Below, one piece after another: positions 50,693 through 63,520 of a DNA stretch of 64,000 nucleotides; within the stretch, counting starts at the first letter, position 1; each line of letters opens with the position of its first letter. The stretch covers positions 38,025,967-38,089,966 of the forward strand of contig CM120640.1 in the NCBI GenBank assembly GCA_051362555.1. The letters run 5' to 3'. Below the pieces are notes generated by a model. It saw nothing but the letters and a program-made list of their open reading frames with translations. It was not told the DNA's origin and searched no databases. A program made the translations under genes and the position numbers. The stretch comes from Lingula anatina (lineage: Eukaryota; Animalia; Brachiopoda).

Positions 50693-53600
50693 ATGGCATC
50701 CTCAGCTGTGCCACTCAACATGCACCTTTTCCATGAACTGAAACAGAGATACCCTGAGGTCTCGGACAGTGTCGTGACATCATATATGAAGCAGGTATAA
50801 ACTTAATTATAAATTGCATTGTATGTTGCCTGTACAGATTTTGTCTATAGATCATTTTCTTAGGAATGAGGGTTGGGTGTAAGAAAAAGGGATCAACTTG
50901 ATGGGTTTAGAACAAGAAATGTGTATCACTCCTCCATTTATAGTTTTATCGTGGGTCTTTAAAAGTTATTTATGAAACAAGCCTGGATTCTCTATATTGC
51001 ATATAAACCACCTCTACAATTATTTTCTTATATAACTCAAATAAATTCATCAAGCCAAGGAATAAACCAAATAAATCACTCAATCAACGATAAAAGAGCT
51101 TTAAAACTGCACCCTCTTCTAGTCATCAATTGACCTACTTATCTAACTCTCCAGTTCATAAAAGGGATGGATTGATCCCGGAAGAACGATATAGGTATGG
51201 ACATGGGATTTAAGTATGTCAGTGAAACCAATAACCGTACATGATGAAGGATGACAAATATTTCATTCACAAGCAAAGTTTCACCACTTGTCTATTTTGA
51301 CTTTGTTTTCCATTACAGAACAGGAACAATAGAGAAAGATGCATTGAGCAGCTGGATAAGGAAAGCCAAAGAGCTCTGTATGGGGAGGGAATTGAAAATA
51401 ACATTCAAGAATTATATATAGAAGAAGAACACAGATCTAGAAGTGGATCGTCCTCCAGTACTGGAAGTGGGAGTTACGTTTTTGTATCAAAGCAGCCACT
51501 GCCTACTCAAACAACTACTACAACTACAACTCAAACTCCTCAACGTATCATGCAGAGTATAAGTATGCCTCATTTAAATGCCGAGAATAACAGTAGAACT
51601 CAGTCCCCAGGCCCCACTGTTAGATACTCACCAAGTGCAAGTGCTGTGCATTTGCAGTATGACATGGATGGCAATAGGTCGCAGTCACCAGTGAGTGTTT
51701 CATCTTCTGGTGTGGGTGCCACTGGAAGTCCCCAGCGTAATTACACACACATGAATAGCACACCGGGAGCTTTTGGGACAAGTGCATTAAATAGACAGGC
51801 TGCAGTGCCATACAGCCACAGCTCTTCACAGTTGGGGCACAAGACTGCTCCAGTTATGCCTCAAACCTATAATCCATTTGCAGGTGGACTTCAGCCATAT
51901 CCCCCTATACCGCCCTCACAACAGGGCATGTATGGAAATGTTTATAACCAAGGTGCTTTTCCAAGAATGCAGTACCCTGGTTCATGGTATTCACAGGGTG
52001 CACAGGGTACTGCTGGGCAGCAAGGACCAGTCAGTATGCCCTATTATTCACCTAGTTCAAATTTTCTAGGGCCACAGACTTCAAATTTTACTGGCTTGCC
52101 AGATCAAAGACACTTTAGTCCCAACTCCCCATCTCATCAAAGTGCAACCTCCTCACAAGGGAGCATCTATAATCCTTCTCAGACTTACTTAGAACCCTTA
52201 CAGGTTAATGTTTCTAGCCCAGGAAACCAACATTCTTATCAGACTCCATTTTATGTGGATCCATTAAACACGAGTGGAGCGAATAGAAGTGCACCAAGTT
52301 CACACTCTAGCACTCCTTCAACACCACCATACTTCTACCAGAATTTCCCAGGAGTGATGCCTCAAGCTCATGGTTCAGGCTCAAGATCATCAACGCCCAC
52401 TGGGCAACCCCAAGGATCACATGGCAGCACGCCACCATTCCCTTCACCAGGCTATGGGATGCCAGAACCATCACAATCAAAAAACCCTTTTGTATTGACT
52501 CATAGTGAAGCAGCTAGTATTCCACACACTCCTCTGCAGCCTATACCTTCACCTGTTGGGGGACCGCCGGGGGAGAACCTCTTTAACAGACAACAGAGTT
52601 CACCGGAAGATGGATATCTTCAAGGTAAGAAAAATGAAGAGATTTTGGCAACTTTTGTGCACACATGTATCAAAACACTGTTTTCTGAACATTGATGCCA
52701 GATATTAAGAATTGATGGAGTATCTGTTAAATGATATTTGGTTTGATTTTTGTGAGAAAAATACTTGTATTTTCATGTTTTTAGCCTTAGTTCTGCATCA
52801 GAAGGCTAGACACCAGAGATTAGAAAAAGAATTAGAACCACTTCAGCAGCGGTTGATCTGTTTGAGAAAAGAGATTGACAATATGGAAACCAATTTACAA
52901 AAACAGAGAAGTAGGGCTAGAAGAAACAGTTTCCCAACTGTAAGTATTAATTAAAACTTGAGATTAACAAGGCATTTCAAGTGGTGGAAGACTATTCCTC
53001 CTCACTGATATATATGCACTAATGGATTTTTAGCGACTATCAAACTCTGATCTTCTGTATGTGGTAAAATTTTTCTCATATAGATATTGTAGTAGATAGA
53101 AGTGATAAAATGAAGCAAGTGAACAGTACTCTTGATGTTCCATAATGTATGTATTTGTTTTTTAGTTTGATGATTTATCCAAACTCAGAGAACAGAACAG
53201 AAAAATGCAAATAGATGTGGAAGTTTATGCAAGAGAAATAGACATGCATCAAGGTTAAAACCATTAATTTTATATTCCAACTGCAAAAGAAAAAAAAAAT
53301 TGTCAGTAATGACTGTCTGCAGCTTGTAATTTTTATGGAAATTACGCATTTCACCAAGTTTATTTCTTTACTCGTTGCCAGGGAATCTCTCAGAGTGTGA
53401 TATCCTGCCTGAACTGGCATAGCATTTCTTGTAAGAAATTTTGAAAATTAATGACTCAAAATCTCACAATTTATGGAAGAAATTGTCAAATATGCAATTA
53501 AGATTAGGGTTTTCTTTTCATTTCTCTAGTTCCACTAGGTATTGTTGATCCTGTTGAACAGCAGAATTTCTATGGAAATATGGGCAGCACTGGTCCCCAA

Positions 53601-54113
53601 GGTCCTTTTGCTCATCAGAACCAACACACAGCTCTGTCTAGAGTGCAGTCGGATATAAGGAGGCTGCCTATAAGTAAAGTCACTATTATGCACTTTCGAG
53701 AGATAACAAATTTACTACTTGATCACTGCGGGTTTTGAAGTAGTGTGAAAGTATATTGGAAAAGATACTTAAAAACAAAATTACTTTCCTCTGATATATA
53801 ATATATTTCATGTTATTGTCATTTTATGTCACAAATGTTGAAGTTGTCCCCGTTTCTTATTCCAGGTGAGGCTCCATCAGTCGTTCCCCCTTCCTCAAGC
53901 TCAATACCCTCCCCTACAACACCTTTGGTAACACAGCCACAGCAGGCTCAGCAGGAAGAGGAAGAAGCACAATGGAGCTGCTCCGCGTGCACTTTCCTGA
54001 ACCACCCAGCACTGGACAAGTGTGAATGTTGTGAAATGCCCAGGGTACCCCAGATAGGTATGATCCATGGGATGACCCCATGTTACTGCCACGGGAGAGC
54101 TCATGTTCATTAA
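50693..54113 (+). CDS. TAB2: TAK1-binding protein 2/3 homologue (CUE, low-complexity region, coiled coil, NZF zinc finger)
   Basis: Exons 50693-50794 ([20 protein letters not shown]), 51319-52624, 52785-52939 ([17 protein letters not shown]), 53166-53253 ([12 protein letters not shown]), 53530-53673 (NFYGNMG) and 53866-54113 ([24 protein letters not shown]). Probably the single pre-duplication TAB2/TAB3 orthologue. Confidence 0.9.
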
Positions 54114-57100
54114 TTTAGGTTGTGATGCTTTGTGAACTTAACTGCATTTTACAACTATCTAGACAAGGTGAAACATGGGCTGTGAAATGTAGATAGGTTA
54201 TTGGAAAATGGAACAATTTAGGTAGAAAATTAGAAAAGGAAACTTTTGTGGCAGTAATCGGTGACATCAGCGTCCTAGATGGGTGATCTGAACTTTTAAT
54301 GCTGCAAACTTGGATTATTGTTGTTAAAACTAAAACATTTCAGATGAACTGCTTTTCACCCCTTATAGAAAAGATATGGTAACTGAGATAACATCTGCCT
54401 TCGCATTAAATGCAATAGAAACATGTCCTTTGGTGATGGGCTTTCTTTAAAAATCATGCTTTGCAATGCCAGTGATGCTCAGTTGTATATTTTAACTTGC
54501 AGTGTCTAATAACAAGCTGTGATAATTTAACTGTACCAGATTTGATAGTTTAAATGAAGCATGTAGGTTACAGATGGCTTAGTGCATTTATCAGTGTTGT
54601 ATGTTTGTTTGCAATTGTGTGTGGTACACTGACGCAAAAAGTTGCTGTGGAATGTTGTTCACTTTGGTTAAGTCCAAACCTTTGTGAGCCTCTTTTTATG
54701 TAGATGTCTTATTTTATAACCTTCATATTTTATAACCTGCCTGTCATATACTTTTTTGTAATGTATTTTTGTATTTTTTTTTTTTCATTTAACTTTAAAA
54801 GCTTTTAAGTTTGACTGCTGTCTCACCTGTTGTTGTTTTGTTTATTTTGGTTCTTAGGTGTTCATGGTAATTAATGCATGTGGTGGGGCACCCTGACCTT
54901 CAAGATATTTGGCTGTGTTGACCAATTTGGATCTAACCAAAATGCTACTGTGATGCTGTGCTTTGCCAACAAAAAGCAGTGGCAGCACCACTTGCTGCAA
55001 TACCTCTGGACTTGTGAAAAGAATGGGAAAAAAAAGAGATGTAAAGCAGTTCCGATGATGAAATGTTCAAATGAGGCAGCTTGCAGTAAGGAGAGAATGT
55101 GCAATTTATCTTCCTGTTTTTTCCCTTCCTTTAATGCATGGTCTGTATACATTGCATTTCAGAAAAAGTTGATGGAAGTTATACTTGTTTTATGTTGCAT
55201 CCACTTAAAAAAAAATTAACATTTGATTAATAATGTTAGACAAATATCTTGGAGAATATATTTATAAGTGCAGCAGATGTTACTGAATGCAAAGAGCATG
55301 ACTTCAAATGCATTGAATAATTGTGTGTGTTATAGCTAAACTTGAGAATTAAAAGCTGCCAGTTGATAAGCAACAGTGCAAATGTTACTTGTGTACCATT
55401 CAATATTGAGCCTGCTCATTATAGTTGTTCATTAGGTGTCTGTTCCCACTTTTTGCTAAGAGGTCAAGTTGTGTGGAAGTGCTTGGTTATATTTATTGCA
55501 AGTCTCCTGACTATAAACGCCCTCTGGTAGGGTGAGTTTTATTTGTAGTTTTACATGTAAAGCAATGTAATAATGCACCTGTATACTTGGCTCATGCTAA
55601 TGATATTGTGAAAATGTTGCAGTTAGACACAGTTAGACACAAGTTGTAATATTGAAAACCATGGATATCTAGACTAACAAAGAAATTTATTGCTCTCTAA
55701 TGCTTAATTAAAAGGTTTAGGAAAGTGGTATGTGCCAAAGCGGCAGTCAGTTTGAGCCTATAGAGGAATTTTAACGGGCATGTTATTTAAATTACATTTG
55801 AATAATGTACTAAGTGGCATTGTAAAGTTAAGTTTGTAGTATTATTTAAAAAGAAACAAAGAACTTCTACACTTTTTAGGGGACGTTTTGTAATATTTGT
55901 TTTTCTGTGAGAAACAAATATGGTGGACAAATGTTTTAAGATTCTGTTTTATGGTAGAAAATTCCGACTTGATCTTTGTGGTATGCAGGCTTTAGACATA
56001 TTGCACAGTTCATTTGGTTAGGCATAGGTTGCTGCCTGCTTTTGAATGTGAAATGAAAAGACAATTAAGCCATTTGTAACATAGTTGTATATCTATACAA
56101 AAGGAAATATAAATTTACTGTAACTATGCTGTTGTTCAGTTGTTTACCATCACTTAGTAATTCCAATCTGCAGTACAATCTGAGCAAATTTATTACCTTA
56201 TCTAATTTGTTCGGTATTTCTATATGAATCTAGTATTTTGTTTTCCAGAATGTACACATATAAAAGTGGATTTGCTTTTTGAGTGATGAGAAAATATTTT
56301 AAATAAAAACATTTTCTGTGCTCATCTCAAATTTGGCAAACTAAAACTAAACCAAGCTGACCTTGGGTAATTTTTTGACACTAGGTTGTACAGAGGAATT
56401 GGTTACATTTAGCACAGGCTCGGACTTGAAACTGTAAGTTCGAAAAGTAAAAATGACCTATGGCATTAGCATTTAGGTTGAGGCAGTGGATTGTTAATTT
56501 TCAGACTTTTTAATGTCATCACTGCTTTTATCTGTTTTTACATATAAGTCCGTTTGATACCTTTGCTGTCCTGTTGACATAGTTTAATTATAACTCGAGA
56601 ACGGATTCGGATCACAAGAAAGTACAAAAATTAGAAAATGTGGACAAATTTCAAATTATAAAGCAATGCTCAAAAGGGTGGCCTCCCTGCAGTTTCAGGA
56701 ATTGAAGTTTTATTTTATTTATTTTTTTTTATATTACAAATATTTACAGCTATCATTCAAATCTTGTAAAGAATCTCACAGTATTTACTGTGACCACTGC
56801 AATACCTGAATATCAATCATCAATTGAAAGGTGGTAATATGGCATCAGTTCTGTGAAATTTAATGACTAAAGAATATAAATATATCAATACATTTCTTTA
56901 TAATAAACTAAAGACATCAAGAGGTGAAATTTAAAAAATACTGTGAATGTGTGTGTTCTAAAAAATATTAAGCATGTTGTAAGAGCAGTAATAACATTTT
57001 TTTAAACAAGGCAGTCTTCTATAGCTTTCACTATAAGTAATGTTTCCTATATCAAAACATGTTCTCCAACACAAAGTCACTTTATTATGAAGGAAAGCAC

Positions 57101-57359
57101 CATCCTGAGCTTTACAGATCCAAAGCTTAACTGTACATTTTAGTAAGTCCTCTGCTTGCTGATATTCGAAGCCACGAATATCAATCAATCAATCTACATA
57201 GCAGGCCTAGGCTGAAGTCAATGACAACAATATGCCTGCAATAAAATTGTCTCTTCTGATGTACATTTCTGTTGTTGAGATCAGAATAGATGCCTCTCTT
57301 GTTTACATTCTCCTGTCAAGAAAATCGGGACACCGTGTTCCTCGGGACAAATATCTTTC

Positions 57360-58010
57360 CTAGCCTCGTCTCTTTTGTGTGCTGATATATAAAACTGCAA
57401 CAAGAAATATGTCATCATTTATTTATAAATAAAAAGATGGTTTTTTTTACAAAGTTTAATTTCAATTAAATGTGTAATTTCACTTTGAATATAATATCTC
57501 AATATTTACACTTAAAAGAATACAAAGAAATAGAAATTAACCCAATTAAAAAATTAAATTATTTCTTTTCTACTGGCCTATTTCATATTTATCTAATCTA
57601 AATGTCCAGATATTTCATGTACCTGAATAACCTGCTGCAGGTGGCAACACTACTCACCATTATTTCCTCTTATAAATGCATCTCCATATTTATTCTTTAA
57701 TTGTCCATTTACATATTCTTCTGTTTGTTCTAATGCTATATTCATATATCCATCGAGACATGCTAAAACACCTAAAATTAAAAAAAAAAATTCTTCTCAT
57801 TTATACCAAACAGAAATTGTCCAAATAACCAAGAGACTGAACAGAATATACCCTTAGAATGAAACCAAAGTTGTACTAAATTACAAGATATTAGCATATA
57901 AACACATAAATAGACGTACCTCTGTAATCAACTCCAGAGTTAAGTTTCACCACTACAGGTCGGCCTATAATTTGCTTCAGAAAATCACTAGGTGTCTGCT
58001 TTCGGCTCAT
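57360..58010 (-). CDS. LSM6: U6 snRNA-associated Sm-like protein LSm6, 3 coding exons
   Basis: Exons 58010-57920 (MSRKQTPSDFLKQIIGRPVVVKLNSGVDYRG), 57771-57658 (VLACLDGYMNIALEQTEEYVNGQLKNKYGDAFIRGNN) and 57394-57360 (VLYISTQKRRG*). A non-coding first-exon donor lies at ~58556. Confidence 0.98.
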
Positions 58011-58556
58011 CTCTTCTGTGGATACCTTATACTGAAAAAAATGTTTGCTAACTTTACAATGCTGTAAAAGAGAGTGAATTCCGAATTTTCTGACCAAGAA
58101 AAACTGCAACATATCCTAAATAAGAAAGAAAAGTGACTATGTTTAGATGTGTTGCTACAGTGTATATGGCTGTAAGCGCGCTTACTCAGTAACTTACTGG
58201 TGACCATCATTTAACAGTTAGTAAGTGCATCTGTGCCTTTCGTACATAAACACATATAGTGCTTATAAGGGACCCCAAATAAGAGTGCTAAAAATGTAAC
58301 ACTGCTAGTGCTTATATTGCCTCAATGTTCGACCTTACAGGTTACAGTTACATGTACCTGTGCCGTGGCTGTGAAAAGTGAAAACGGGTAATTGCAGTAC
58401 CATTGCAAAAATAAGCGCCGACTGAGAGAGTGCAGTCAAATTTAAGATAGATCTTTGTCAAAGGTTATTTTCCATGTACTACAGATTACAATAAACTGAA
58501 TATCAATCAGAAATATTTGCATTCACAAGAGTAAAAGTATAACAGTTAATACTTAC

Positions 58557-58818
58557 CTATCTTTGTGCACCACTGACTCTTGTCAACACACATGTACGTT
58601 TGGAAGTCAAGGTCAATCTCGATCTATCTCGAGAGATGGCCATCAGTTGAATAACATTTCTATTTTCTTAATCTTGTTAATCTTTTTTTCTTATAATTAT
58701 CAAGCTTTTTAATGTAAAAATATTATTTTCGTAATTGTTTTGAATGTTTAAACATGAGAATAAATAATCTTTTAGCTATCTTTATCATGTGTCACATGAC
58801 TAACTGCGAGAGTACAAA
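58557..58818. promoter_or_regulatory. Putative bidirectional promoter LSM6/HSCB
   Basis: The LSM6 non-coding exon donor (58551-58556) lies ~260 bp from the HSCB ATG. Near-palindromes ATCTCGAGAGAT and TCATGTGTCACATGA; YY1-like AAATGGCG over the HSCB start. Confidence 0.6.
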
Positions 58819-60443
58819 ATGGCGACGACCATTTTGTGTCGATGCGGTCGCACGGTTGCACAACAAAGCTGCAAATACTCACGTTTTCTTGTCTCTGCCA
58901 AATCTGAAAAGTACTCTCATGCCGCTCCAAGTGTGAACTGTGCACATTTAAACTTGCAATTTCCGTTTGGTAGTATTGTCACTAATGCAAGTGCAGTGAG
59001 AGGATTTTCAAGAAGCCGCTGGCTGCAACATAATTCGTGCAATCAAGATGAGGATCGTCAGCAAAAAGAGAAATTAGACAATCTCGAAAGACCATGCTGG
59101 CGTTGTCATAAAATTGTTAACCCAAAAGAGGATCTTTTCTTCTGCACATACGAAGACTGCGGGGTCATACAGCACCCTCTTGAACAATTGACGTTTTTCC
59201 AAATCATGGGCATAGCAAAATCCTTTGATATTGATACAGTTAGAATGAGCAAGATTTACAGAAATCTTCAAAGACTTATTCACCCCGATAAGTTTTCACA
59301 AAAATCTGTTGTAAGTCGTTTCTTGTGCAAATAGAGGTGTTTTATTATAATTTTCCTTTGCAACCAAACATTAAGTTAGTTCATGTACATTCAAGTTACT
59401 ATTCACCTGATAGGATTTCACAGAAATCTGTTGCAAGTTGGCCATTATGCAAATAGATGTGTTTGATTATTAATTTCCTTTGCAACAAATTAAATTAGTA
59501 CAGCCAAGTCATTAATTTCATAGACTGTATACAAATTCATTGATAAACAACATATAAATTAACAAAAATCTGTTAATACATAAGATTGACTTAATACCTT
59601 TTTTTCCTGTCTTCCAAGGCTTAGCATAGAAACTGATAAAAACAGCTTTTTTCCTGTGCTGATAACTTCCTTTTATATTCTTTTATTTTATTTAAAAAAA
59701 AAAGATATTGGAAATGACAATCTGATAGTATTTTAGCATGTGATTGTTCATAAATGCCATGAATGCCATGCTAGTAATTAGGGAACACAAGAACTTAATT
59801 GGGCAATAAAAATGACTAGCATGTTTTCATTAACCAACGAGCTCTGCCCTACCCAAATAAGTAGTCTTTTAGTCTAGATTTTTTTTACTATTACTATAAT
59901 AATTAGTTTGCCTCCCATTTCAATAAATAATTTAAAGATTGTTATTACTCCATATGTCAGTGGGTTTTAATGTGGCATATTAAATAATACATATATGGAA
60001 AAGTCAATCTTTTGATGTATAAAAGTCTTTTGCTCATGTACATTTAATATTTCCAGGAAGAAAGAACAATATCAGAACAGCAGGCATCACTCATCAACAA
60101 AGCTTACTTCACTCTGCTCCATCCCCTCTCTAGGGGTTTATATATCCTGGAATTGGAAGGCATATCTATTGAAGAGGACAGCATTGACATGGAACCAGAA
60201 TTCTTAATGGAAGTCATGGAAATTAATGAGAGGATCTTGGAATCAGATGACGCTAAAGAGGTAGAACAAATTAAACAGGAGAATAAAAACAATAAAGATA
60301 ACCTTGTGAAGGAATTGTCATTTGCTTTTAGACAAAATGATTTTGCACAAGCTAAAATTTTATTATCCAGAATGAAGTATTTTGCAAATATTGAAGATAA
60401 AGTGAAAGAATTTGAGCGTGCAAGAGCTGGTGTTGACTTGTAA
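58819..60443 (+). CDS. HSCB: Mitochondrial Fe-S cluster co-chaperone HscB/HSC20, 2 exons, ~292 aa
   Basis: Exons 58819-59310 and 60057-60443. Arg/Ser-rich presequence-like N-terminus, CWRC...CTYEDC metal-binding segment, J-domain YRNLQRLIHPDKF, INKAYFTLLHPLSRGLYILEL, and MEPEFLMEVMEINE. Confidence 0.96.
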
Positions 60444-61096
60444 TGTAGTATATACTTTGAGAATATAACAATTAAAAGTGTAGCCTTATTATTTTTTTGC
60501 TCATGAGTAACTAAGGCCTAGCTTTGTTGTAAGGTCATATATGGCATTTAGGGATATATATTTGTGCACAATAAAAAAAAGGTGCCATTTTAAGTGCATT
60601 ATATTTAAAGGAAGTAAATGATGAAAAAAATCAAAGAAGCCTTGACAGAACAACATTTTCAATTGCTGCTATAGTTCTGTTATCTTATTGTTATGAAAGT
60701 GAATAGAAACCTAGCATGTTTCATATTTAATATTGACTTAATAATTGCATGCAAATAATTATCATTGACTTCTCATTGAAAACTGATCTACACTAACTTT
60801 CTGATGCCATCTTCAGAGCATTCAATAAAAACACTGTATCATTTATTCATTTGTTAAATCTTTAACTTATGACTAGCTAGAATAGTAGAATAGAATTTAA
60901 AGAAACTAATAGGATGCAATGTACAGCTCAAAATGTATAAAGTAAAGAAATTTTTAAAATCATTTTGTACATACAGACACTGAAGTGAATGAAATGCAGA
61001 CCAGGTTAGAAAATTGGCATTATTAACTTACTCCTTATATTTGTTGATTATATATTTTGATAAAATTGGCTTTTTTTGTTCAATAAAATTTACATA

Positions 61097-61263
61097 CACT
61101 CGACCCAAAAAGTTTAAAAACATGAAATTGTGTTTCGATAATTACAAAACTTATGGTGGGTGCATGATCCATCAGCATTTGGTTAAAATATTTACATGAA
61201 GTCATATTGTTATTTAAAAATTGTTCAAAAATGACGATGTTTCCTAACTTTTTTGGGCTAGTG
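61097..61263. mobile_element. Tc1/mariner-type MITE
   Basis: Imperfect TIRs CACTCGACCCAAAAAGTTTAAAAACAT / ATGTTTCCTAACTTTTTTGGGCTAGTG, flanked by TA on both sides. Confidence 0.7.
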
Positions 61264-61358
61264 TAGATAACCCCACGCCGCTTTAACAGAATTTACAAGG
61301 GGTCATTTTATCTACCCTTATTCTCTTGTTTCTGGTTCTTTAGACGATCGAATATTGA

Positions 61359-61615
61359 GGCTTCGTTCACATGCAATGTCTATTTTCTAAATTCTATTTT
61401 CTATTTGCGGCATGTCTTATGATCACGGTCTGTGCACTGAATATCCCGCCGCGTAATTACTGGCAGCGCGAGCCAGTTACTATAAGTTACTATAAGTAAC
61501 TGGCTCGCGCTGCCAGTAATTACGCGGCGGGATATTCAGTGCACAGACCGTGCTCATAAGATAGCGCGAATAGAAAATAGAATTTAGAAAATAGACATTG
61601 CATGTGAACGAAGCC
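61359..61615. mobile_element. Near-perfect palindromic MITE (PIF/Harbinger-like ends)
   Basis: ~120-bp arms GGCTTCGTTCACATGCAATGTCTATTTTCTAAATTCTATTTTCTATT... and their reverse complement; flanks TGA / TAA. Confidence 0.9.
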
Positions 61616-62504
61616 TAAGTCTCAGGCACTGACCCACCTGTTGTTACACAAAATATGCGTCAGTGACTATTCAGGTGGTCTCAATTTCAACTTAAATTTA
61701 GTTAACAGCACAGTGGTTCCTTGAGTAAAAACTTTTAAATCTTCAGTATGCACGTATAACAAGTGCAAGAGTTCCCGGTGAAATAGGGTGAAATAGAAAT
61801 GTTTACTGTATATGCCCAGTTTTATTTCTTAAAAATTTACGTGTACATTTCTCTAGAATTCAATTAACGAAAAAACTGCTTTCCTGTGGAGCTCTGTCAC
61901 ACTCCTGCGTACTTTATTCATTTGATGCCGCACACTGACAAATTCAAGCGTTGTCGTACGCACAATGCGCACCTCCTATGCATCCCGACCACTTTGTGTG
62001 AGTTCAATATACGCCTACACTCGAACAGTACGTTCCAGTACGCCTGATAGGTTTGGTCATGCACAAAGCTTTACTGCGTACTCAGTTGTGAAATAATAAA
62101 TTCGCAAAGTATTGGTTAGCGTAGCTGTACGATTACACTATGTGTTTGTGTAAGATTAGCAGTTCCTACTTCTTGATAAAAAGTTTCGAGAGTCGTAAGA
62201 GTTTGATATATGCAATTTGACAGGAGCTTGAGTATAGCTCAATTATTTGGTCACCAGGAGAAGACGGCTAGGGATATGTGAAAGGACAAAAACGGATTGC
62301 TTATAAACTGACCCTTTACAGTGACTGATAGGATGGACATAGAGAGTGATTGCAATTACTAACGAAGGTAAATTAAAGAATAAGAACGGTAAGGTGTGAG
62401 AGACAGAAGCAACAAAGTGGATAAACAAACCAGCTACTTAGCCAATTGTAATATATAACCCCCAAGATCTGTTTTATTGATAATTTCCCATTGATTTTAA
62501 AATA

Positions 62505-62515
62505 GACTCACTCAC

Positions 62516-62549
<34 letters not shown>
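62505..62549. repeat. (ACTC)n(CT)n microsatellite
   Basis: Seen directly. Confidence 0.9.
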
Positions 62550-62552
<3 letters not shown>

Positions 62553-63489
62553 AAAATTGTTTTGTATTTGAATTGACGCTGATTACATTTATATATTTAA
62601 TTTAATTCAGACATATATCATTTCCATAATACACAAACAGAACGAATTCTATGGTATTGTGACAGTATCTGATTTACAGCTTAATTTGTATGATTTTAAA
62701 TATGTTACGCTGGATTGTAAAGTATAATATTTCTTTTACGTATGATAACGTCAAGGTGACCTAGCTGGTATAATTCGCCCATCAGTTATTTATGTCATTT
62801 GTATATATGTTATAGATGAAATAAATGTTAATATTATCACTAATATTAAACTGCAGAGAACCCCGTCTCAACTTGTATATGCATTTGCCCAAACTATATT
62901 TCGGTATATTTCGCTTTTATTTGTTCCAGTGCACCGCAGTTCTATATATTTTTTCTTAATGTTTTCCGATTCGGATGATCTTTATTTTTAAATTAATATT
63001 GTGCTCTAATAAAGTTCTTGACGCCTGCTGCCTGCCTGCTAAAACTGTCCGGTATTTTACTATAATAATAATAATTATTATTATTATTATTGAGGTGGAT
63101 TTTAAACTAAAATTTACTTGAAAGTGCAGATAACAGCACCTTGGCATGAAGTTTTATTCTGATATAAATGCGATTCAAAACACATGTCATGTGATATATA
63201 AGAAATAAGCGTTATGGAACGGAAAAAAGAGAAAATTGACTATGTATGTAATCTGGATTTAACGCAACACAGCCCTTCAATGATTTTCATTAAATGGATG
63301 TACTCAGTAAGAGACAAAATAATCAAATTATGGAATTTAAACACTGTATAGTACACAGCACTTCTTCATGAACGTATATAAGGACAAGTGATACCTTTTG
63401 TTATATTTTAACAAATAAATGCCATGATTAATGTCGCAAAAAATAATCAAATTTACCACATCTTCATCACGCGCATTCCGGATGTCAGT

Positions 63490-63520
<31 letters not shown>

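Noticed and set aside
51550-52695. 381-aa low-complexity ORF as a standalone novel gene
   Set aside because: It is the large internal exon (51319-52624) of TAB2/3.
54114-56310. ORFs of 60-113 aa downstream of TAB2/3
   Set aside because: No recognisable motifs or exon structure; consistent with a long AU-rich 3' UTR ending near AATAAA at ~56302.
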